Shown here: positions 24,189-31,890 of the stretch, piece after piece
Layout of the letters: the number at the start of each line of letters is the position of its first letter
Position numbering within the stretch: the first letter of the stretch is position 1
Source of the DNA: an uncultured Alphaproteobacteria bacterium
GTDB taxonomy: Bacteria > Pseudomonadota > Alphaproteobacteria > Rhizobiales > Xanthobacteraceae
NCBI GenBank assembly: GCA_963789455.1
Contig: CAWBLD010000013.1
Coordinates: forward strand, 65,559-129,558
Direction of reading: 5' to 3'
Length of the DNA stretch: 64,000 nucleotides
The notes under the pieces: model-generated
The model's database searches: none
Seen by the model: only the letters and a program-made list of their open reading frames with translations
What the model was told of the DNA's origin: nothing
Position numbers and translations under genes: made by a program

Positions 24189-24572
24189 TTACCAGCAGCG
24201 CCAGGCGCGGCGCCAGACCCGGTGGTGATTGCGCCAGACGCGCACGCGCACCCAGCCGCAGTCTCCCGGCTCGTCGTAGTAGTAGCCGCCGTAATACGGA
24301 ACACCGAAGCCCCAAACAAAGCCGGGGCCCCAATTCCATCCGCCACCACCACGCCATCCACCGCCGCGCCAACTGCCGCCGTGGCGACCGCCACCGCGCC
24401 AGCCACCGCCGCGCCAACTGCCACCGCCGTGCCAGCCGCCAACGTGGCCACCACCGCCGTGCCAGCCGCCACCACGGCCGCCGTGACGTTGGGCCGCGGC
24501 CGGCCCCGGCGTCATGGCGAATGCGCCGGCGATCAGAGCCGCGATTGCGAAAAACTTCACGAATTTCGACAT
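24189..24572 (-). CDS. Secreted Gly/Trp/Arg-rich protein with a C-terminal C-x20-CW segment
   Basis: Signal peptide ending AAA-Q and GGGWRGG repeats. GGAGG SD upstream. Confidence 0.8.
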   Translation of the reverse strand: MSKFVKFFAIAALIAGAFAMTPGPAAAQRHGGRGGGWHGGGGHVGGWHGGGSWRGGGWRGGGRHGGSWRGGGWRGGGGWNWGPGFVWGFGVPYYGGYYYDEPGDCGWVRVRVWRNHHRVWRRAWRCW

Positions 24573-24713
24573 CGATGAACCTCCGATGCCCCCAGACATC
24601 AAAATTATAGCCGAGAAAGCCGCGAACGTGAATTCTTATTAGCGCCCGATTTGCGCGAAAGCCGGTACCGCCGGGGGCCGGGACCGCGGGCCAAACTTTT
24701 GCGGAAACCTGCG

Positions 24714-25022
24714 CTAATCCCACCAGCAGCGCATCTGCGGCACGATCACCGGCCCGCTGACGCGGTATTCCTTCGCCAGCCAGGAGCGGCAATGCCGCTT
24801 GGCATTGCGGCCGGGATAAATCCGGCGCGGATGGATGATGATGCGCGTGCGCGACTGCGCCGCGAATTCATAGGAATAACCACTGCCGTCGGACGAACTG
24901 TTGTAGCTGGCGGGCGCTTGGGCCGGCTGGCCGTTCGAGCCGGCCGAGGCCGGCGCCAAAAAACCGGCAGAAACAGCGGCGAGCAACGCCAGAAGTGCAA
25001 AGAAGCTCCGGCAGTTCGGCAT
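24714..25022 (-). CDS. Small secreted protein with a C-terminal C-x20-CWW segment
   Basis: Signal peptide ending ASA, then 'CRSWLAKEYRVSGPVIVPQMRCWW'. Confidence 0.72.
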   Translation of the reverse strand: MPNCRSFFALLALLAAVSAGFLAPASAGSNGQPAQAPASYNSSSDGSGYSYEFAAQSRTRIIIHPRRIYPGRNAKRHCRSWLAKEYRVSGPVIVPQMRCWWD

Positions 25023-25124
25023 ATTCTCAGGCCCCAGCGGTCACGCCACAATGATTAACGCTCGCTCATTCCGGCCCGGCGGTCAACGGTTGGTTAAATC
25101 GGCGGGTTGCCCTAGAACGTTGGC

Positions 25125-25550
25125 ATGAAACGGCTAATTGACGATCCGCGCGCCTGGCGGGGAGCGCCGGCGCCCTCGCTCGCCGAAATCGAGACGCTGG
25201 CGGCGGAGGCTTATGCCCGCCTGCCCGAACATTTTCGCGCGCTCTGCGAAAATCTCATCATCCAGGTGACCGATTTTCCGACCGAGGAAGTGATGGACAC
25301 CATGCAGGTCGAAACCGAATTCGATTTGCTCGGCCTGTTCCAAGGCGTCGGTCTGCCATTTCGTTCGGCCACCAATCCGGAACCGCTGCCCAACCTGATC
25401 TGGCTCTACCGGCGGCCGATCCTCGACTACTGGGCCGAGCACGACGACAGCCTGGGCGCCATCGTGACGCATGTGCTGGTGCACGAGATCGGCCACCATT
25501 TCGGCCTCTCGGACGCGGATATCGAGGCGATCGAGGCGAGCGCCGAGTGA
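25125..25550 (+). CDS. Zincin-like metallopeptidase (DUF1025-type)
   Basis: 'LLGLFQG', 'LYRRPILDYW' and HEIGHH. Confidence 0.9.
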   Translation: MKRLIDDPRAWRGAPAPSLAEIETLAAEAYARLPEHFRALCENLIIQVTDFPTEEVMDTMQVETEFDLLGLFQGVGLPFRSATNPEPLPNLIWLYRRPILDYWAEHDDSLGAIVTHVLVHEIGHHFGLSDADIEAIEASAE

Positions 25551-25657
25551 GGCGGCGATCAAGCGGCTGAATGGGTTCGATCGCAAGCTTGCGTTTGACG
25601 GCCGCAAGCGCCGGTGAAATAGCTGTTGCGGTCGCAACTCAAAAAAGGACCGGCGGC

Positions 25658-25981
25658 ATGATCGTCACCGTTTTCCGTTCCCGCCTGCAGCCGGGCGTGC
25701 GCGACGACTACGTGACGCTCGTCGATCGCATGACCGAACTGGCGGCCGCCATGCCCGGCTATATCTCGCACAAGGGCTTCTTTGCCGACGACGGCGAGCG
25801 CGTGACCATCGTCGAATTCGAATCGGAGGAAGCCCAGCGCGCCTGGCGCATGCACCCCGAACACCGCGAAGCGCAGCGCAAAGGACGCGAAGATTACTAC
25901 GCCTCCTACAGCCTGCAGATCTGCGAGCTCAAGCGCGCGTCGAAATTCGACCGCGACGCGCGCGGCGAGACGGCGGAATAA
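25658..25981 (+). CDS. Antibiotic biosynthesis monooxygenase family protein
   Basis: 'MPGYISHK' and 'WRMHPEHREAQRKGR'. Confidence 0.88.
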   Translation: MIVTVFRSRLQPGVRDDYVTLVDRMTELAAAMPGYISHKGFFADDGERVTIVEFESEEAQRAWRMHPEHREAQRKGREDYYASYSLQICELKRASKFDRDARGETAE

Positions 25982-26062
25982 GACGAAAATCTGCACGCCG
26001 ACACGCGTCAAGAGGACCGCAGCCTGCCGAAAATTTTCAAAGCCGTTGCCACGCCCACCATC

Positions 26063-26897
26063 TTGCTGACGGCCGTCGCCATGCTGGCGTTTGCCGCCAA
26101 CTCATTGCTATGCCGGCTGGCTTTGGGACAGGGGCTTATCGACGCCGCAACCTTCACAACCGTGCGGGTGATCTCCGGCGCAGGCAACGCTATGCCTGAT
26201 CGTGTTGCTGCGCCGGCGGCCGCGCGAACCCAGCACCGCCAATTGGCGTTCCGCCGTCATGCTGTTCACCTATATGGCGTTCTTTTCCTTCGCCTATCGC
26301 TCGCTCGGCGCGGGAACCGGCGCGCTGGTGCTGTTCGGCGCCGTTCAGCTCACGATGTTCATTGTCGCGCTGCGCGAGGGCGAGCACTTTTCATGGCTGT
26401 CGTGGGCCGGGCTCACCGCGGCCATACTCGGACTGATCTACTTGGTGTCACCGGGCCTGACCGCGCCCGACCCCGTGGGCGCCGTTCTCATGGCGGTCGC
26501 CGGGATTGCATGGGGCTTCTATTCGCTGCTGGGCCGGGGCGCCACCGACCCGCTGGAAGCGACGGCCAGGAACTTCGTCTATTCGGTGCCGCTGGTGCTC
26601 GTTGTCAGTCTGTTGTTCTGGAGCGATTTCAGCGGCACGCCGAAAGGTCTCGCGCTGGCGGTGATGTCCGGGGCGGTCGCGTCGGGCTGCGGCTATGTCA
26701 TTTGGTATGCCGCGCTGGCCGGACTGAGCGGCACGCGGGCGGCGACCGTTCAGCTCACGGTGCCGGTGATTGCGGCTTTCGGCGGCGTCGTTCTGCTGTC
26801 CGAACAGGTCACGCTGCGCCTGTTGATCGCCTCCGCCGCGACGCTGGGCGGCGTCGCCATCGTGGTGGCGCAGCGGGCGGCCAAGGCGGCGCGCTAA
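26063..26897 (+). CDS. DMT/EamA transporter (+1 frameshift near 26183; start uncertain)
   Basis: '[13 protein letters not shown]' joins 'FSFAY...[15 protein letters not shown]...GYVIWY'. Confidence 0.85.
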
Positions 26898-27040
26898 TCC
26901 ATCCGCGAGCCCGCCCGCCAACGCGACCCGGCCAGCCGAAATTGCCATGCCTCGATCTTGACCTGCGCGTGGCAAGCCCGCAAGAAAAGGGCTATGTGAC
27001 GGCAGCCGTTGCCACAAGCCGCAGTATGGACGATTTGCAC

Positions 27041-27646
27041 ATGGAAAAATTCGACCACCTGGAAGGCGTCGCCGCGCCCTTGAAGATCATCAATGTCGAC
27101 ACCGACATGGTCATCCCCAAGCAATATCTGAAGACCATCAAACGCACCGGCTTGGGCAAGGGCCTGTTCTCCGAGATGCGCTACAAGGACGACGGCAGCG
27201 AAAACCCCGACTTCGTGCTCAATAAGCCGGCCTATCGCAAGGCCAAGATCCTGGTCGCCGGCGATAATTTCGGCTGCGGCTCGAGCCGCGAGCACGCGCC
27301 CTGGGCGCTGATGGATTTCGGCATCCGCTGCGTGATCTCCACCTCGTTCGGCGACATTTTCTACAACAACTGCTTCAAGAACGGCGTGCTGCCGATCCGC
27401 GTCAGCCCGCAGGACCTGGAGAAGCTGTTCGACGACGCCGAACGCGGCGCCAACGCCACGCTCAGCATCGATCTGGAAAAACAGGAAATCCGCGGCCCCG
27501 ACGGCGGCGTGATCAAGTTCGAGATCGACGCCTTCCGCAAGCACTGCATGCTCAATGGCCTCGACGATATCGGGCTGACCAAACAGAAGCAGAACAAGAT
27601 CGTCAGCTACGAGGAGAAGGCCAAGGCGGCGCGGCCGTGGGCATAA
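27041..27646 (+). CDS. leuD: 3-isopropylmalate dehydratase small subunit
   Basis: '[13 protein letters not shown]' and '[15 protein letters not shown]'. Confidence 0.98.
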   Translation: MEKFDHLEGVAAPLKIINVDTDMVIPKQYLKTIKRTGLGKGLFSEMRYKDDGSENPDFVLNKPAYRKAKILVAGDNFGCGSSREHAPWALMDFGIRCVISTSFGDIFYNNCFKNGVLPIRVSPQDLEKLFDDAERGANATLSIDLEKQEIRGPDGGVIKFEIDAFRKHCMLNGLDDIGLTKQKQNKIVSYEEKAKAARPWA

Positions 27647-27972
27647 AGCTCGCAAGCGTCGCGGTGCTGTGCGCGCTCTGCGCCGCGCCGGCGCTGGCGC
27701 AAAAATCGACCGAAAACGGCTTGCGTGACTGCGAGAAGCTCGCCGCGGTCAAGTTCAAGCAGGAGAACCCGGCGTTCAAGAAATTCGCCATCGACCGCGC
27801 CAACGTCGAAGAAGACAAGTTCGCCGACAAGGTCGGCACGCAATTCGTCTCGACGGTTTATCACGGCAAGGCGATTCTTCAGGACACCGGTGCTCCGCAA
27901 GACGTCCGCTTCATCTGCCTGCACGGCGGGCTCGGCAAGGGCGCGGTGTTCGTCTACACGCTGCCGCGCTGA
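27637..27972 (+). CDS. Secreted hypothetical protein with two Cys
   Basis: Signal peptide ending ALA-Q and typical codon usage. Overlaps the leuD stop. Confidence 0.72.
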   Translation: MGIKLASVAVLCALCAAPALAQKSTENGLRDCEKLAAVKFKQENPAFKKFAIDRANVEEDKFADKVGTQFVSTVYHGKAILQDTGAPQDVRFICLHGGLGKGAVFVYTLPR

Positions 27973-27986
27973 ATCAACGACGAGTT

Positions 27987-28016
27987 AAGCCCGCGCGGCG
28001 TCAACCGCGCGGGCTT
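27987..28016. terminator. Hairpin between convergent genes
   Basis: AAGCCCGCGCGG-cgtcaa-CCGCGCGGGCTT, perfect 12-bp stem. Confidence 0.65.
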
Positions 28017-28038
28017 GCGGTAGCGGTTCGACGTCCGC

Positions 28039-28754
28039 TCAGCTGTTGTCGCGGCGGAAGGCGCCGGTGTGGCGGTCGAAGATGAAACGCTCGACCAGGG
28101 AATTGTCCTTGGTGACCACATCGGCCGTGATCGAGTCGGCGTCATTCTCTTTCACTTCGCCGACTTTGAGCCGCGGATTGCCGCGCCAAGTAAGCCAGCG
28201 TTCCATGCGGGCTTTCACATCGTCGGTGGTGAGATTGAGGGTCTGGCTGTTCTGATTGCCCTGGGCGCTCTGATTGCCCTGGGCGTTCTCATTGCCCTGG
28301 ACGTTCTGATCGTTCTGAGCGTCGCCCCTGCGGTCATAGCCGGGGCCGTAGCCGCCCATCATGCCGGGACCATAACCGCCACCCCAGCCGCGCATGTGGT
28401 AGCCGCGGCCGTAACCGCCCATCATGCCGGGACCGTAGCCGCCGCGCCAACCGCGCATGTGATAGCCCGGGCCGTAGCCTGGGCCATAGCCTTGTCCCTG
28501 CCTGTCGGCGGGGCCGGACTCGTTGTTTTGCGCGAAGGCCGGGCAATTCCACTGACCGCCGCCGGGTCCGCCGCCCCAGCCGCGCATGTGGAACCGGGGC
28601 CGTAACCGCCCATCATGCCCGGGCCGTAGCCGCCGCCCATCATGCCGGGGCCGTAGCCGCCGCCATCCTGAGCGGAGGCGGTCAGGCTGTAAGCCCCGAC
28701 CCCGGCCGCGAGCGCGGCCGCAAGGCCGAGACCGATCAAGCTTCGTGCACGCAT
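28039..28754 (-). CDS. Secreted GYGPGMMG/HMRGW-repeat protein with a possible PepSY-like C-terminal domain (1-nt deletion near 28592)
   Basis: ORF 28422-28754 gives the signal peptide and first repeats; ORF 28039-28587 continues the same repeats. AGGAG SD. Confidence 0.8.
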
Positions 28755-28828
28755 TTTAGTTCTCCTGTGTGTTTAGTCGATCTGGAATTCGTTGAGGGGA
28801 GCCGCCGCGCTTCCGCGCTACCAGCCCA

Positions 28829-29127
28829 TCACCTGCGGCCGTAACCTCGGCCGTAGCCGGGGCAATATTCGCCGTCCCAGCCGCGCCTGGCGTAGCCGCG
28901 GCCGTAGCCACGCATGTGCCGATAGCCGGGGCCGTAGCCGCGCATCCGGCCATAGCCCGGCCCGCGACCATAACCGGGCCGCGGCCGTAACCCGGTCCGT
29001 AGCCATCCATCATGCGCGGGCCGTAACCCGGGCCGTCTTGGGCCGAGGCGGTCGAGCTGTAGGTCCCGACCCCGGCCGCCAGCGCGGCCGCAATACCGAG
29101 GGCGATCAAAATATTTCGTGTCGTCAT
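28829..29127 (-). CDS. Short secreted Gly/Tyr/Arg-repeat paralog (1-nt deletion near 28976)
   Basis: Signal peptide nearly identical to the neighbour. The corrected frame reads GYGRGPGYGRMRGYGPGYRHMRGY...YCPGYGRGYGRR*. Confidence 0.72.
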
Positions 29128-29218
29128 TGGCCTGCTCCTATTGCTTGCAACGGTTTCTGCCGTCGCCCACGTGCAATAGAAGCCCTGCCTGTCACTCAAG
29201 TTTGTCGGCCGCGCACGA

Positions 29219-29269
29219 TTTTGTGACCAAATGTGTCAGAGCGCCCGGCAGCGAGATTTGGTTACAAAA
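29219..29269. promoter_or_regulatory. Candidate response-regulator operator, copy 1
   Basis: TTTTGTGACCAAATGTGTCAGAG...CCGGCAG...ATTTGGTTACAAAA. Matches 31080-31127. Confidence 0.7.
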
Positions 29270-29357
29270 AAGCTTCCTCGCGATCGCGGCCCATGGGACG
29301 GCAAGCGCCGGCGGGCGGGGCCGGCCGGCGCTCGCAGTCTCGCATCCACAACGCCGG

Positions 29358-29807
29358 TCAAGGCCGCAGATAAACGTAGCCGTCGCCCTGCAATTGCGCG
29401 ATGCGCACCACACCGCCCTGATCGACCTTGACGAAGCCCGGCAACAGACCCTTCTCGTCGACCTTCTGCGCCTTCATGGTGTTGGCGCAGGCGTCGAGCG
29501 AGACCCCCTCTTCCTTGAGGTTGCCGACGGTCTTAGCCACCGCCGGCTCCGCCAGCGCCGCGTGAAAGGCCTTGAGCGCGGGCCCATGCACCACCAGCAC
29601 GATCTCCACGTATTCGGGCCCGCCGACGCCGGCGATGTGGTTCTGGATGTTGGAAAGCACGAAGGGCACCTTTTCGGCGTCGGACAGGTGGTAAACCACC
29701 TTCTGCTTGTTCTTGGGCGTGGCCGCCAAAGCTGTTCCGCCGCCGGCCGCCGCAGCGGCCAGACCCGTCATCGCCAATACCGATTTGAAAAAACTACGCC
29801 GCTCCAT
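29358..29807 (-). CDS. Tat-exported DsrE-family protein
   Basis: Twin-arginine 'ERRSFFK', 'KVVYHLS', 'VVHGPAL', 'ACANTM' and 'LQGDGYVYLRP'. Confidence 0.88.
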   Translation of the reverse strand: MERRSFFKSVLAMTGLAAAAAGGGTALAATPKNKQKVVYHLSDAEKVPFVLSNIQNHIAGVGGPEYVEIVLVVHGPALKAFHAALAEPAVAKTVGNLKEEGVSLDACANTMKAQKVDEKGLLPGFVKVDQGGVVRIAQLQGDGYVYLRP

Positions 29808-29849
29808 TGTCGATCTCCTGCATGTTCATGATGTGTGTGATCGGGCTTT

Positions 29850-30391
29850 TCAGACGCCCACTTCCGCGAAGCGGTGGATGCGCCCGTTGCGCGTCAAAGC
29901 CGACGATGCGGTAGATGCCGGGAGTTCCGTCCATGCCCGGCGCTCCATCGGGCATGCCGGGCAAGGCAATGCCTTTCAAATCGGGCCGCTCGGCCAGCAG
30001 TTTCGCGACCGCGGCTTCCGGCACGTGCCCTTCAACCAGGTAACCATCGACCTTCGCCGTGTGGCACGAGTAAAGGGCCTCCGGCACGCCAAGCTTCGCC
30101 TTGATCGGATCCGGATCGGCGACGAGATTGACGGCGACCTGGTAGCCTTTGCCGCGCATGTAATCGACCCAGCCGCCGCAGCAGCCGCAGGTGGGCGATT
30201 TCCATACCGTGATCGCGCCGGCCTTGGCCGGCTGCGGCCGATCCAAGAACGTTCCAGGCGAATACGCCACCGCTGCCGATAGCCACCGAGCCGAGCAGCA
30301 GCGCGCGCCGCGATAGGCCCGGCTTGCGGGCAGCCGTCATTCCGGCTGCCAACCGATCTTCAGCTTTTGAACGATTTGCATTCTTTGCCAT
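29850..30391 (-). CDS. Tat-exported DUF411 (CopG/CutG-like) metal-binding protein (two +1 frameshifts near 30235 and 29890)
   Basis: 'SRRALLLG' signal, 'KSPTCGCCGGW', 'SCHTA', 'EGHVP' and 'PGMP'. Confidence 0.88.
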
Positions 30392-30582
30392 TGTCTTTCC
30401 TCTTCATCGCGCCGCTGCGCCGAATGCGGCCAAGCGCCACGCGGGTTGAACCAAACTATGCGAAAGGTTTTGCTCGACTGAGCCGGTCATGGCAGCGCGG
30501 CCATGCAGCGGCGGCACGCGGATGGCGAGTGGCCATCCTGCGGCATCAAGCAGTGGCGGCGGCGTTCGACACGCCGTCGCGA

Positions 30583-30967
30583 TCACACGCGCGCGATGGG
30601 AGGGGAGAGTTCGGGCTTGGGGGTTTGCCCGTGCAAGGTGGCCTCAACGGCCACCAAATGAATCTGCGGCCAGACTTTGGCGGACCACAAAGGCGCGGCC
30701 GGCATGCGCCAGAACTTGCACCGCCGCGCAGCTTTTGACGCAATTGGCGCTATTCGCCTTGCCCGAATCGTGTTTCGGCGCGGCCGTCTCGTTGACGGCA
30801 ATCTTGGCCGTCACGTGGGCCGCGGCCGCGTGTTCCACCGCAGCGGCGTTCGTCCCGCCGCAGCCCTCCGTGGACGCCGGCAAGCTTTGCGCCCACGGGC
30901 GTCCCGCAAAGGACATCACCATGAGAGCGATCAGCAGGCATTTGAACGGTGCGGCGCACAAGCGCAT
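30583..30967 (-). CDS. CutF/DUF2946-like leader peptide, ~127 aa once rebuilt (+1 frameshift near 30706)
   Basis: Signal peptide, His-containing linker and CVKSC. The adjacent frame supplies 'LHGQTPKPELSPPIARV*'. Confidence 0.65.
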
Positions 30968-31034
30968 TCGCGCACAATCCCCCGGTCACCGGTCCGTAAC
31001 GACGGCCACGCTAGTCGTTCGGATGGGTCTGAAT

Positions 31035-31048
31035 TTGACCTGCGTCAA
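31035..31048. promoter_or_regulatory. FixK/FNR-type box
   Basis: Perfect palindrome TTGAC-CTGC-GTCAA, ~70 bp upstream of ATG 30967. Confidence 0.65.
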
Positions 31049-31079
31049 TAGCGCGGAGGCGGCTTGCCAACCGGCTCTG

Positions 31080-31127
31080 TTTTGTAACCAATTGTGTCAG
31101 AGGGTCTATCCGGCAGATATTGTTACA
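31080..31127. promoter_or_regulatory. Candidate response-regulator operator, copy 2
   Basis: TTTTGTAACCAATTGTGTCAGAG...CCGGCAG.ATATTGTTACA. Confidence 0.7.
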
Positions 31128-31170
31128 TCTTTTTTGCCAAAACCGGCCCGGCCCGAACTAGATTTAGCGT

Positions 31171-31890
31171 ATGAATGCTGGCCCGCACATCCTGATCGTC
31201 GACGACCATCGCGAGATCCGCGACCTGGTGTCGCGCGCGCTCGCCAAGGACGGCTTTCGCGTCAGCACCGCCGGTGACGGCAAGGCCATGCGCAAGGTGC
31301 TGGCCGACGCCCGCATCGATCTCATCCTGCTCGACCTGATGTTGCCGGACGAGGACGGCCTGTCGCTGTGCCGGTCGCTGCGCGCCGACAGCGACATTCC
31401 GATCATCATGCTCACGGCCAAAGGCGACGAGGTCGACCGCGTGATCGGGCTGGAAATGGGCGCCGACGATTATCTGCCCAAGCCGTTCGGCAGCCGCGAG
31501 CTCATTGCGCGCATTCGCGCCGTGCTGCGGCGTAATCGCGCGCGCGAGCCCGCGGCCAAGCAGGACAAGCCCAAGCGCTACCGGTTCGAGCGCTGGGCCT
31601 TCGACGTCGACCGCCGCGAAATCATCGGCGATGACGGCGTCGCGGTACCGTTGAGCACCGGCGAATTCGATCTGCTGCTGGCGCTGGTCGAGCATCCACA
31701 GCGCACCTTGAGCCGCGACCAGTTGCTCGATCTCGCGCGCCACCGCGCGGCCAACACCTTCGACCGCAGCATGGACACGCAAGTGAGCCGCCTGCGCAAA
31801 AAGATCGAGCGCGACCCGGGCGATCCGAAACTCATCAAGACCGTCTGGGGCGGCGGCTACATCTTCACCCCCGATGTGAGCCGGGAATGA
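31171..31890 (+). CDS. OmpR-family response regulator
   Basis: Receiver 'LLDLMLP', 'GADDYLPKPF' and wHTH 'IKTVWGGGY'. No SD, and TAGATT lies 6 nt upstream, so possibly leaderless. Confidence 0.95.
   Translation: MNAGPHILIVDDHREIRDLVSRALAKDGFRVSTAGDGKAMRKVLADARIDLILLDLMLPDEDGLSLCRSLRADSDIPIIMLTAKGDEVDRVIGLEMGADDYLPKPFGSRELIARIRAVLRRNRAREPAAKQDKPKRYRFERWAFDVDRREIIGDDGVAVPLSTGEFDLLLALVEHPQRTLSRDQLLDLARHRAANTFDRSMDTQVSRLRKKIERDPGDPKLIKTVWGGGYIFTPDVSRE

Noticed and set aside
26063-27646. Apparent 527-aa DMT-LeuD fusion
   Set aside because: Artefact of the DMT frameshift. LeuD starts at 27041.
27974-27988. CtrA-like TCAA-N7-TTAA
   Set aside because: Lies between convergent 3' ends with no promoter to control.
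30404-30586. 60-aa ORF between the leader peptide and DUF411
   Set aside because: No motifs, and it overlaps the hairpins. More likely structured spacer RNA, though the GTGA overlap means it is not fully excluded.
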